NCBI RefSeq assembly: GCF_014396165.1
Contig: NZ_CP060715.1
Coordinates: 630,001-662,000 of the forward strand
Source: Erysipelothrix inopinata
GTDB taxonomy: Bacteria; Bacillota_I; Bacilli_A; Erysipelotrichales; Erysipelotrichaceae
Length of the DNA stretch: 32,000 nt
Reading direction: 5' to 3'
Below are positions 24,023 through 32,000 of the stretch, piece after piece. Under the pieces are notes generated by a model. The model was not told the origin of the DNA. It did not search any database and was given only the letters and a program-made list of their open reading frames with translations. The position numbers were made by a program, and so were the translations under genes. Each line of letters opens with the position of its first letter. Within the stretch, counting starts at the first letter, position 1.

Positions 24023-25990
24023 TTATTTAAGATGTGAATTCATCCAGTTTGTAATTTCCTCGAGACGTTTTACACGTGATTGAGGTCTTCCTGAACGAGA
24101 AAGATCATGATTCTCGCCACGGATCCAAACGAATCGGGTTTCCACACCATTAACTTTAATAGCAGTAAAGAGTTGCATGCCTTGTTCGATGGGGCAACGG
24201 TAATCTTCTTCAGAGTGAATGAAAAGAAGTGGCGTCTTGATATTTTGAGCATGTTTTAAAGGTGACTGTTCCCACATTTGTTCAATGTTATCGAAAGGTG
24301 ATGATGCTGTTTGATCAACACCGAAGTAGACACCAATATCTGAAGTTCCATAGAAAGAAACCCAGTTTGAAATACAACGTTGTGTGGCTGCGGCAGCGAA
24401 ACGGTCGGTGTGACTTACAATCCAGTTAGTCATAAATCCGCCATAGGATCCGCCAGTAACACCAACTTTTTTAGGGTCAATAGCATACTTATCGAGGACA
24501 ATATCTGTAAATGTCATAATATCTTCGTAATCAATGGTTCCATATTTCCCGCGAATATCTGAGAAGTCATTACCATAAGCATCCCCACCGTGTGGATTGG
24601 TAAAGAATACAACATAACCCATATTTGCCCACGCTTGCATTTCGTGATAGAAAATATCACCGTAAATTGTTTTTGGACCACCATGAATATCTAATATCGC
24701 TGGATATTTTTTGGAAGCATCGTAGTCTTTAGGAAGTAATACCCAACCATCCAACATATCGCCGTTACTTTCGTACTCAATATGTTCTGGCTTCGCAATA
24801 TAGCATTCTTTCCAATATTTACTATTGAAATCTGAAAGTAGTGCAATCGTCTTCTTATCGAAATCAAGTTCGTAAAGTTCTTGAAGTCTGTTTTCATAAA
24901 GACCAATTCCATAATGGGTACCATCAAGGTATACCCAACCATCCAAGCTACCACGAACATCAAAGACTGTTTCAATATTTTCACCGTCAAATGAATATAA
25001 AACGGAACGATCATGGTACGTACCCGCAAAGTAGAATACATCGTCTATAACACGATCACTGATAGACCCACCAAGACGCGCATCACTACCCACGGAGTTC
25101 CAACCGCTTAAACCAAAGTCTTTAACTTTTGTAAGTGATCCGGATTCGAGCAAGTAAATATCACTGTTTTGATTTAAACCTGTTGTCTTACGATCGTTTG
25201 CGAATACAAAAGTTTTCCCGTTTAAGACAGCAAGTTTCGAAATTGAAACTTCTTGCTTAGAGTATATTTCATCAAGTTTTTCATTTTTAGTATCATAAGC
25301 AATAAGATCAGGTGTGAATTGAGGTTGCCCGATAGGTGTCTCTTTTACGAAATATGCAATTTGCGTTTCGTCATCAAAACGAATCATCGAAATATCTAAA
25401 TCTTTAGAAACGATTGACTCATAGCTTTCTTTTTTAGGATCGTAAATAAATGCTTGGCCACGTTTTGCTTTGGTGAATCCACCACCATTAAAATAGAAAG
25501 GAACTTCTTCGAAAACTTCATAGTTTGCTTGTTTTGTTAGCGAAGCAATATAGTCTCCACGTTTTTCATCATCAAAAAGTTGATGATCATCTTCATTCAA
25601 TGACCCTGTAAGAAGGATTTTACCATTATCTAATACCTTTAAGGATGAGATAGGAAACTTAAAGGTGTATGCATGTTCAATCTCACCATTTTTAATATTA
25701 TAGCGATAAATAACAGTATTCTTATTTTTTACGAGATCTTTTTCTTTATCAAGTTTAGCATTGTGAAATAAAATTGATGTATCGGATTCCCAATAATAAC
25801 GAGAATCTTGTCCGAGGTTTAAAATATTCTTATAGCTATCACCATCAAAAAGATAAAGATTGTGATCGTAGTCATTTTCATCAAGTCTGGCTTTGGAACG
25901 AATAAATGCGGCGCATTTTTTACTTGGGTTAGTATTAAGTTGGGCTAAGTAGTTATAGTCCAGAAAATCATTAAGTTGTAATTCTTTCAT
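24023..25990 (-). CDS. S9-family serine peptidase (prolyl oligopeptidase / acylaminoacyl-peptidase type)
   Basis: 655 aa. The N-terminal region is beta-propeller-like. The C-terminal alpha/beta hydrolase carries GVTGGSYGGFMTNW (GxSxGG nucleophile), HSEEDYRCP (Asp) and GENHDLSR (His). Confidence 0.85.
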   Translation of the reverse strand: MKELQLNDFLDYNYLAQLNTNPSKKCAAFIRSKARLDENDYDHNLYLFDGDSYKNILNLGQDSRYYWESDTSILFHNAKLDKEKDLVKNKNTVIYRYNIKNGEIEHAYTFKFPISSLKVLDNGKILLTGSLNEDDHQLFDDEKRGDYIASLTKQANYEVFEEVPFYFNGGGFTKAKRGQAFIYDPKKESYESIVSKDLDISMIRFDDETQIAYFVKETPIGQPQFTPDLIAYDTKNEKLDEIYSKQEVSISKLAVLNGKTFVFANDRKTTGLNQNSDIYLLESGSLTKVKDFGLSGWNSVGSDARLGGSISDRVIDDVFYFAGTYHDRSVLYSFDGENIETVFDVRGSLDGWVYLDGTHYGIGLYENRLQELYELDFDKKTIALLSDFNSKYWKECYIAKPEHIEYESNGDMLDGWVLLPKDYDASKKYPAILDIHGGPKTIYGDIFYHEMQAWANMGYVVFFTNPHGGDAYGNDFSDIRGKYGTIDYEDIMTFTDIVLDKYAIDPKKVGVTGGSYGGFMTNWIVSHTDRFAAAATQRCISNWVSFYGTSDIGVYFGVDQTASSPFDNIEQMWEQSPLKHAQNIKTPLLFIHSEEDYRCPIEQGMQLFTAIKVNGVETRFVWIRGENHDLSRSGRPQSRVKRLEEITNWMNSHLK

Positions 25991-26060
25991 AAATTATGTA
26001 TCTCCTTTCAAGAATTATAACATATATTTTCAGTGGTTTTCATTGAAAGTGAGAATTGTA

Positions 26061-27296
26061 CTATTTGTGTTTAACATTAAATGCTTCAAGTAGTGGCACA
26101 AGGACTGCCGCAACAATTCCGACAGAGAAACCAGTGTTATACAAGTTGAGTCCAGCATGAAGTTGACCAGAGTTTAAAGCGACAGAAGAATTGATAAAAC
26201 TAGCGACGATTCCCCAGAAAAATCCATAGTATCCGGAAATCGGGGCAAGAGCTGTACCAAATAATGCTGCGAAGAGAAGTGCTGGTTGATCAATGGTCCA
26301 AGATTTAGTCATACCGCCAAGGACAACACCAATATAAATTGGAATGATATTACGGAAATGTTTTCCTTTTCCAGAGAAACCAACAACCGTAAGAATCCCT
26401 CCAATTGAAGGTCCGGTTAAGTCTCCACGAGCGACAATAAGAACATAGAATAAAGAAACAAAGCCATTGATGGCCATATTTATCAATACAGTGTAGATTC
26501 CATATTTAAGATAGAAGTCATTATCTTCATATCCCGTTTCATGAATGAGTTTTCGATATTTTTTCCAGGCATCCTTATCTCTTGTTGTCGCGACAATTAA
26601 CATGACGAGAAAGAGTGCTGACAGAAATATCGTGAAGAAAAGATTATTTCCAGAGCTAACAAGAACACGACTTTTTGGGATGTGTCCGTATGATTTCATG
26701 ATAGATACAAAAAGGGTTCCTAAGATTCCAATTGCAAATCCAACATTGTAGAGGTTAAATCCTTTATGAGTATCGTAAAGATGATTCGCTACGGGGACAA
26801 TAAAGAAGCCAACTAGTATCCCTGTGAAATTTGCGAGTGGAATTGCGATGATTGGGGGAAGTGTCGTAAAAAAGGAAATCTCAGTTACGATAGGGGCAAA
26901 TGAGGTGGCGAGAAGAACAATATGGACTACTTTACCAAATGAAATATGTTTGACTCTACTGAATAAGTAGCCTCCAATAAGAATTGAAATGATGTTATAG
27001 ACATCTTTACCGAAGAGTCCAAAACTAAACATTAGAAAAACAGCACCCAAACCCGTTCCTGACATTTCAGCATCAGATTTTTGAATAAGAATACTTGCTA
27101 TTAGAGAGAGGATACTGGCATTTAGAATGGCAGCACCAATACCACCTACTTCAATGTAGTCGGTAATCAGAATCGAAGATTCAAAAATAATCGCCTTCAT
27201 GCCATGGTAGAGGCTTTGTGATGAATCAAGAAGGAAACTGATACCAATCATCGAACAACTAAAGATAATGAGGAGTCGGTTGGTTTTGTTTGTCAT
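26061..27296 (-). CDS. Polytopic membrane protein with two homologous halves (possibly DUF1576 family)
   Basis: About 11-12 hydrophobic helices. I prefer ATG 27296 (MTNKTNR), which is 10 nt after AAGGA, over the track's GTG 27305. The internal repeat is described in findings. The family assignment is from memory only. Confidence 0.6.
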   Translation of the reverse strand: MTNKTNRLLIIFSCSMIGISFLLDSSQSLYHGMKAIIFESSILITDYIEVGGIGAAILNASILSLIASILIQKSDAEMSGTGLGAVFLMFSFGLFGKDVYNIISILIGGYLFSRVKHISFGKVVHIVLLATSFAPIVTEISFFTTLPPIIAIPLANFTGILVGFFIVPVANHLYDTHKGFNLYNVGFAIGILGTLFVSIMKSYGHIPKSRVLVSSGNNLFFTIFLSALFLVMLIVATTRDKDAWKKYRKLIHETGYEDNDFYLKYGIYTVLINMAINGFVSLFYVLIVARGDLTGPSIGGILTVVGFSGKGKHFRNIIPIYIGVVLGGMTKSWTIDQPALLFAALFGTALAPISGYYGFFWGIVASFINSSVALNSGQLHAGLNLYNTGFSVGIVAAVLVPLLEAFNVKHK

Positions 27297-27375
27297 AGAA
27301 AACACGTCCTTTATACTGTTAATAATAGTATAAAATAAAGCCTAAGTGCAACAAATATATGGATTGTGAACATAG

Positions 27376-27400
27376 AAAAAACAAGCAGGATTGCTTGTTT
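27376..27400 (-). terminator. Minus-strand intrinsic terminator with no annotated gene directly upstream of it
   Basis: Minus strand reads AAACAAGCA-ATCC-TGCTTGTTT (9-bp stem) running into TTTTTTC. It lies in the divergent intergenic region, upstream of the membrane-protein promoter region. Confidence 0.5.
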
Positions 27401-27466
27401 GCTTTCAGATTATTATGTAGACTCCATCTTAAAATAGATTTATGATATTTAAAAAGGAGTAACTTT

Positions 27467-28036
27467 ATGACAAATGGTAAAGACCTTGAAAGATTAACTG
27501 CATTTTCCGATGCAATCGTGGCTGTCGCAATTACATTACTTGTTCTACCGCTAACAGATCTATTTAAAGGTAATGAGGAATTCGCAATCACTGAAGTCTT
27601 GAAATCGTACGAATTTATATCAACGTTTTCCAGTTTAATTATTTCGTTTTTTGTGATTTACGGATTTTGGGCAAAACATCGTCGTATATTCAAGGATGTC
27701 TTGGTCATAAAGAAGTCTGTAGAGAAAATCAACAAACTATGGTTATTTAGTATCATTCTTGTTCCAGCTGCAACTAATATAAATTTTAGCACAAACAGCA
27801 TTGTGGGTATTTGGATCTACGGTGGGGTATTGTTGATGAGCTCGGTAACACTGCAAGCTATGAATTCCATGATTCATCCAGAAGTTAAGTTCTATCAAAG
27901 TAGCACCGTCGTAATTCTATCATTATGTTTAATCACTGTAACCATCATACCTTCGTTGGGTCATTCCGTATTCTATCTGTTATTTTTAGGAAGACCCATA
28001 AGAAAGTATATTTTACACTGGACGGTTAGTGAGTAA
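27467..28036 (+). CDS. TMEM175/DUF1211-family potassium channel homologue
   Basis: TM1 signature LERLTAFSDAIVAVAITLLVLPL (the RxxxFSD motif), about 6 TM, 189 aa. SD AAGGAG is present. Confidence 0.75.
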   Translation: MTNGKDLERLTAFSDAIVAVAITLLVLPLTDLFKGNEEFAITEVLKSYEFISTFSSLIISFFVIYGFWAKHRRIFKDVLVIKKSVEKINKLWLFSIILVPAATNINFSTNSIVGIWIYGGVLLMSSVTLQAMNSMIHPEVKFYQSSTVVILSLCLITVTIIPSLGHSVFYLLFLGRPIRKYILHWTVSE

Positions 28037-28042
28037 GGCTAA

Positions 28043-28723
28043 CTATTCGTGATGGCTTTGTGATTCATCGATAATCATACGAATATCCAGCATTTTTTGA
28101 TCTGTCTTCGCGATTGTTTCAGCACAATCGAGTAATGACTCAGAGACATCTTCAATGTTTTTAATATTTTTCTTATAACGAATTTCATGCTCGAGACTTG
28201 CCCAAAAATCCATCGCTATTGTACGGATTTGAATTTCTACTTTGGTATAGTGTTTACCATCAGAAAGAAATACTGGGATTTCAATAATCATGTGTAAACT
28301 ACGATAACCATTTTCTTTAGGATTTTCGATATAATCTTTTACTTCGATCACGATAATATCGTCTTGTTCCGCTATCATACCTGCAATGGTATATATATCA
28401 TCAATATAGGAGCAGATAACACGAACACCAGCTATATCATGCATATTCTCATTGAGCGAATCAACTGTAATGGGATGATTTTCGCGAACAAGTTTATCAA
28501 CGATACTTTGTGGTTGTTTAACACGTGATTTAATCATAGCGATGGGATTACGAGGGTTTAAATGTGCGAGTTCACGGTCTAGGATTTCTAGTTTTGTAGT
28601 TATTTCTTTGACCGCACACTCATACAAAAGCATGGTAGTTTTAAATTTCTTAGCTTGATTTAAGAAATAGGAGGGAATTTTGTAGACCTGGTCTTTATTA
28701 ATTGTAATTTCATTTTGTGACAT
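28043..28723 (-). CDS. Small alarmone synthetase, a (p)ppGpp synthetase of the RelP/RelQ family (GTP pyrophosphokinase)
   Basis: 226 aa with the RelA_SpoT synthetase core: DIAGVRVICSYIDDIY...ENGYRSLHMIIEIPV...VEIQIRTIAMDFWASLEHEIRYK. Confidence 0.88.
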   Translation of the reverse strand: MSQNEITINKDQVYKIPSYFLNQAKKFKTTMLLYECAVKEITTKLEILDRELAHLNPRNPIAMIKSRVKQPQSIVDKLVRENHPITVDSLNENMHDIAGVRVICSYIDDIYTIAGMIAEQDDIIVIEVKDYIENPKENGYRSLHMIIEIPVFLSDGKHYTKVEIQIRTIAMDFWASLEHEIRYKKNIKNIEDVSESLLDCAETIAKTDQKMLDIRMIIDESQSHHE

Positions 28724-28760
28724 AATAAATCTCCTTTATTCTATTGTAACAAACCACTCA

Positions 28761-28788
28761 AAAAAAAGAAGAACTATTGTTCTTCTTT
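28761..28788 (-). terminator. Intrinsic terminator overlapping the end of the hesB-like gene
   Basis: Minus strand reads AAAGAAGAAC-AATA-GTTCTTCTTT followed by TTTTTGAG. The TAG stop codon straddles the end of the left arm and the loop. Confidence 0.7.
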
Positions 28789-29067
28789 CATGATTACTTC
28801 ATAAGTAGGTTCATTGCGTTCAGTATCGAGTGATACAGTTAAATCCTTGTCGATGAAGAACCAGTCATCTGATTTTTCAATATAGAAGTTAATCCCTTCA
28901 ACTGTTTCAAGTATAAAGGGTCTAGAAGGATCCATCTTAGAGATTGCGAAAGAGAATCCACCATGGGGACCATATACCTTTCCAAAGAATTTGATACTGT
29001 CTCCTGGCTTTAAGTCCATTTCTTTGATATACCATTTTGCGGCATCAGATGTTACGTTTAATTTCAT
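28774..29067 (-). CDS. HesB/YadR/YfhF-family small protein (YneR-like, Fe-S-cluster-biogenesis fold)
   Basis: MKLNVTSDAAKWYIKEMDLKPGDSIKFFGKVYG... matches the family's N-terminal pattern. I chose ATG 29067 because GAGGTGA lies 5 nt upstream; the track's 29100 start has no SD. Confidence 0.6.
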   Translation of the reverse strand: MKLNVTSDAAKWYIKEMDLKPGDSIKFFGKVYGPHGGFSFAISKMDPSRPFILETVEGINFYIEKSDDWFFIDKDLTVSLDTERNEPTYEVIMKEEQ

Positions 29068-29129
29068 GATTTCACCTCGTTTATACATTAATAGTACCAT
29101 AATTAGCGACTCTATTGTGACCTAATGCT

Positions 29130-29783
29130 TTATGCTTTTCGGTAACCATCCATGATTGATTTGAAGAGTTCAGCAGTTGTTGGGGGTGTAAATGTAATAG
29201 CATTTGCCCCAGCTTCAATTGTTTCTCTTACGGTTTCGTTTGTAGGGCCACCTGTTGCCATAATAGGGACATCAGGGAACTGCTCACGAATTTGGCGAAC
29301 AACCTGTGGTGTCTTACTTGCAGCAGAAACGTTAAGAATTGCAGCGCCATTGTCCAATCGTGCTTGAATATCTTCATGTTCATCCACGATTGTGATAATA
29401 ATAGGTATTTCAAGACACATTTTCATACCTTTTACTACTTTGTTTTTGGTAGGAGCATTCACAACAACGCCCATTGCACCGAGTTGTTCAGCGTCAACCG
29501 CAAGTCCAATAACACGAGGACCTCGAGTCGTTCCACCACCAACACCTGAAAATACAGGTTTATCTGTTGCAGTAATGATTGAGTGCGTAATAATCGGTTG
29601 TGGTGTGAAAGGATAGACCGCAATCACAGCATCTGCATTGCAATTTCGAATGATCGCAACATCTGTTGTGAAAACAAACGATTTTAATAAGCGACCAAAA
29701 ACACGAATTCCTGAAGCTTCCTCGATTGCTTCGGGAACCTTAATAATATGTTTACGTAAATTACCATTGTACTCTGGAATCAT
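29130..29783 (-). CDS. Uncharacterised TIM-barrel (ribulose-phosphate-binding-barrel-like) protein
   Basis: 217 aa with alternating beta/alpha pattern. Gly-rich loops are FSGVGGGTTRG and IMATGGPTNETVRETIEAGANAITF (a phosphate-binding-like C-terminal motif). SD GGAGGG overlaps the upstream stop codon. Confidence 0.55.
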   Translation of the reverse strand: MIPEYNGNLRKHIIKVPEAIEEASGIRVFGRLLKSFVFTTDVAIIRNCNADAVIAVYPFTPQPIITHSIITATDKPVFSGVGGGTTRGPRVIGLAVDAEQLGAMGVVVNAPTKNKVVKGMKMCLEIPIIITIVDEHEDIQARLDNGAAILNVSAASKTPQVVRQIREQFPDVPIMATGGPTNETVRETIEAGANAITFTPPTTAELFKSIMDGYRKA

Positions 29784-29792
29784 ATTTCCCTC

Positions 29793-30671
29793 CTATATGA
29801 GACGTTTTTCAAAACCACCATCTACTTTTAAATTCTTCGTTACGATAATGAATGCATTGGGATCGTGTTTTCGTATCATACGTTTGATATCGACAAGTTC
29901 AGATTGCGCTACAATAGTCACAAAGACATCAAGTGATGTTCCTGTGTAAGCACCAAATCCTTCCCAATGAGTGACACCGCGATTAATTTCGTGGATAACC
30001 TTATGCTTAATTTCTTTATTACGTGTAAAGACCATAACACTTGCTTCCAAGTTGTGCTCGTGAAAACGATCCAGACCGTATGAAAATATAAACGAATAGA
30101 CTAAGGAATATAATGCAGTTTGAACATTATAGACCGCAAGACAAATTAGATAAATAATTGAGTTAATAACTAAGTAGATATTACCAATACTTCCTTTGTT
30201 TTGTTGTGAACGATAGAATCCAATGATATCTAAACCACCACTGCTCCCTTTCGCTCTAAAAGATAGGGATGCACCAAATGAACCCAAGACTGCTGCAATA
30301 AGTATCGCAACAAAGACATCCTCAACAATAGGTGTTTTTGGAATTGGAATATAAGTAAGACTTATCGTCTGAGACAAGACACTCAGAAGACTCAGTTTCA
30401 CAAATTTCTTAGAAAGTCGTGACCAAGCGAAAATAAAAATAGGAATATTTAAACCAAGATTAATCAAACCAGCAATATCAAAATTAGGCTCAATTTTAAA
30501 GACACTTTGGATCGCGTCCCTAAGTAATTGAGCAATTCCTGTAAAACCTCCGTTATAGATAGAAGCTGGAATGAGAAAAAGATTAACTGATAAAGCAAAT
30601 AGAAACCCACCTAAAATGATGTAACCGTATCTTTTAATATTATTCATGCCCATATTATAACATTTAATCAT
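29793..30671 (-). CDS. YitT-family membrane protein (DUF161 repeats + C-terminal DUF2179 domain)
   Basis: IKRYGYIILGGFLFALSVNLFLIPASIYNGGFTGIAQLL is the typical YitT N-terminus, followed by a soluble C-terminal domain. The start is uncertain: ATG 30671, 30653 or 30647, none with an SD. Confidence 0.75.
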   Translation of the reverse strand: MIKCYNMGMNNIKRYGYIILGGFLFALSVNLFLIPASIYNGGFTGIAQLLRDAIQSVFKIEPNFDIAGLINLGLNIPIFIFAWSRLSKKFVKLSLLSVLSQTISLTYIPIPKTPIVEDVFVAILIAAVLGSFGASLSFRAKGSSGGLDIIGFYRSQQNKGSIGNIYLVINSIIYLICLAVYNVQTALYSLVYSFIFSYGLDRFHEHNLEASVMVFTRNKEIKHKVIHEINRGVTHWEGFGAYTGTSLDVFVTIVAQSELVDIKRMIRKHDPNAFIIVTKNLKVDGGFEKRLI

Positions 30672-31048
30672 CAGATTATTGTGGTTTCTGTCACATATAA
30701 TATCGATATAGATAACTCTAGAAATATTAAAAATAGTCCTCCAGATTGAGAAAATAAATTATTCAATGTGAAACATAGTGAGATACTAACACAGGGTGTT
30801 ACAAATGTGATAGAATTGTGTAAAGTAAAGACTTGATAATCCAAGCCTTTATCAAGATTATGCAATATACTTTGGAACATTAGCCCCATGAATTATTTTG
30901 TGAAGAAAAATACTGTTTGAGAAAAGAGTGTTTTTCATCGTTGAATTTAGTATAATGAATGCATTATTTTTATAATTATCAAACGTACGCACTCTTATTG
31001 AGAAACAATTTGAAGTTATTTCACAACATAAAAAAGGAACTATACACT

Positions 31049-31462
31049 ATGAGTCATTTTAATATCAAAACAGTCAATCAAAAACAAAGGTTTGGAATCG
31101 CAACACTATTGGGACTTCTTACAGGAGCACTCTTAGGATTTGCAGTTGGATTTATTCGTTCCATACCAAACTTTAATATTTCAATTTTTATTATCATTAT
31201 TGGTTATGGTGTCGCAACAGTCGTTCGCTACTTCGGACGAGGCATTCAGCTTAAGTTTTCGTTGGTCGCATGTTTAGCGACAATCTTAGGAATTTTGATT
31301 TCAGATGTTATCGCGACATTTGGGGTAGCAGGCTTAATGGTTGCGGAAAACTACCAAATTACATTAAAATTTATGTATCAACAAGATATGTATACCTTAG
31401 TTTGGGTAATTTATCGAGCCCTCGCAATATACATTGCATATAACTATTCGCGAATATTATAA
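31049..31462 (+). CDS. Small hypothetical membrane protein (137 aa, about 4 TM)
   Basis: I prefer ATG 31049, 9 nt after AAGGAA. The track's 30959 start adds an AT-rich, SD-less extension. The gene ends 16 nt before alr. Confidence 0.55.
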   Translation: MSHFNIKTVNQKQRFGIATLLGLLTGALLGFAVGFIRSIPNFNISIFIIIIGYGVATVVRYFGRGIQLKFSLVACLATILGILISDVIATFGVAGLMVAENYQITLKFMYQQDMYTLVWVIYRALAIYIAYNYSRIL

Positions 31463-31478
31463 GATTAGAGGATTTAAC

Positions 31479-32000
31479 ATGAGCATTAGAGAAACCTGGA
31501 TAGAAATATCCAAAAGCAATTGTATCCATAACTACGAACGCCTTAAAGAAGCAACACAAAAAGAAATCATGCCAGTGGTCAAAGGCAATGCATACGGTCA
31601 TGGTGATACAATGATTTCACAAATATTAGAAGAACACGGAGCACCGATGCTGTGTGTCTTTTCTTATGATGAAGCAATCAAACTAGAGAAAGATGGAATC
31701 AAAACAGATATCCTTATTTTTAGTAATGTTGAGTTGAGTGACATCGAAGCATATCATCAGCCAAATTTTATTTATACTATTTCGTCAGAAGACTGGTATC
31801 AAAAAATAAAAGGAACGAATTTAGATGTTCGTTTTCATATTGAAATTAATACCGGAATGAATCGATCTGGATTTAGAAATAGAGATGTCATTGAAGCGGT
31901 ATTAAGTGATTTAAACGTTGAGGGAATTTACACTCATTTCCAAAGTCCTACGAACATGGAAAAAGGAAAGCTTCAACTGGAAAAGTTTAAAGAAATGATA
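31479..32000 (+). CDS. alr: Alanine racemase, 5' part (continues past the window end)
   Basis: Not in the ORF track because no stop is reached. ATG 31479 follows AGAGGA. My translation is MSIRETWIEISKSNCIHNYERLKEATQKEIMPVVKGNAYGHGD...HIEINTGMNRSGF...EGIYTHFQ, which contains the PLP-lysine motif VVK(A/G)NAYGHG. Confidence 0.85.
   Translation, partial: MSIRETWIEISKSNCIHNYERLKEATQKEIMPVVKGNAYGHGDTMISQILEEHGAPMLCVFSYDEAIKLEKDGIKTDILIFSNVELSDIEAYHQPNFIYTISSEDWYQKIKGTNLDVRFHIEINTGMNRSGFRNRDVIEAVLSDLNVEGIYTHFQSPTNMEKGKLQLEKFKEMI

Noticed and set aside
27319-27591. A 90-aa minus-strand ORF spanning the divergent promoter region and the start of the TMEM175-like gene.
   Set aside because: It runs through a terminator hairpin and promoter sequence, lies antisense to a well-supported gene, and is low complexity.
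30671-30889. A 72-aa minus-strand ORF upstream of the yitT-like gene.
   Set aside because: It has no SD, no recognisable features and an AT-rich composition. It is treated as non-coding leader or intergenic sequence (see finding).
30959-31048. The N-terminal extension (MHYFYNYQTYALLLRNNLKLFHNIKKELYT) of the 31049 membrane-protein ORF.
   Set aside because: The upstream ATG sits immediately after a TATAAT box and has no SD. ATG 31049 has AAGGAA at proper spacing.

Overview
This is a low-GC Gram-positive (Bacillota-type) chromosomal segment. The adhesin types are reminiscent of Erysipelotrichia, but I cannot verify that without a search. It is densely coding: about 23 protein genes plus one tmRNA, most with clear Shine-Dalgarno sites and hairpin/T-tract terminators.

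Gene order:
- 3' end of a beta-strand-repeat (DUF4097-like) gene
- MFS transporter (-)
- XRE-HTH/TPR (RNPP-like) regulator (-)
- 97-aa membrane protein (-)
- ssrA tmRNA (-)
- proB-proA (+)
- a 2642-aa LPXTG wall protein (+) built from 14 tandem 474-bp (158-aa, two Ig-like domains) repeats
- orphan PTS EIIC (-)
- a Cna-like LPXTG adhesin (+) split into two ORFs by a frameshift at about 17627
- proC, preceded in the same transcription unit by a stand-alone AAA_21-type ATPase and a membrane-anchored mini-protein with an L7/L12-CTD-like tail (-)
- S9 serine peptidase (-)
- internally duplicated polytopic membrane protein (-)
- TMEM175/DUF1211 K+ channel homologue (+), convergent with a small alarmone synthetase (-)
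- operon of hesB/yneR-like, TIM-barrel and yitT-like genes (-)
- small membrane protein and the 5' part of alr (+)

I saw no transposase, integrase, CRISPR array, rRNA or tRNA.

The most interesting items are:
- the mini-protein + ATPase + proC unit
- the adhesin frameshift, which sits exactly on a G_GGA_AAT slippery heptamer
- the near-perfect nested duplications inside the giant adhesin gene

All functional calls rest on motif recognition by eye. No database search was possible.
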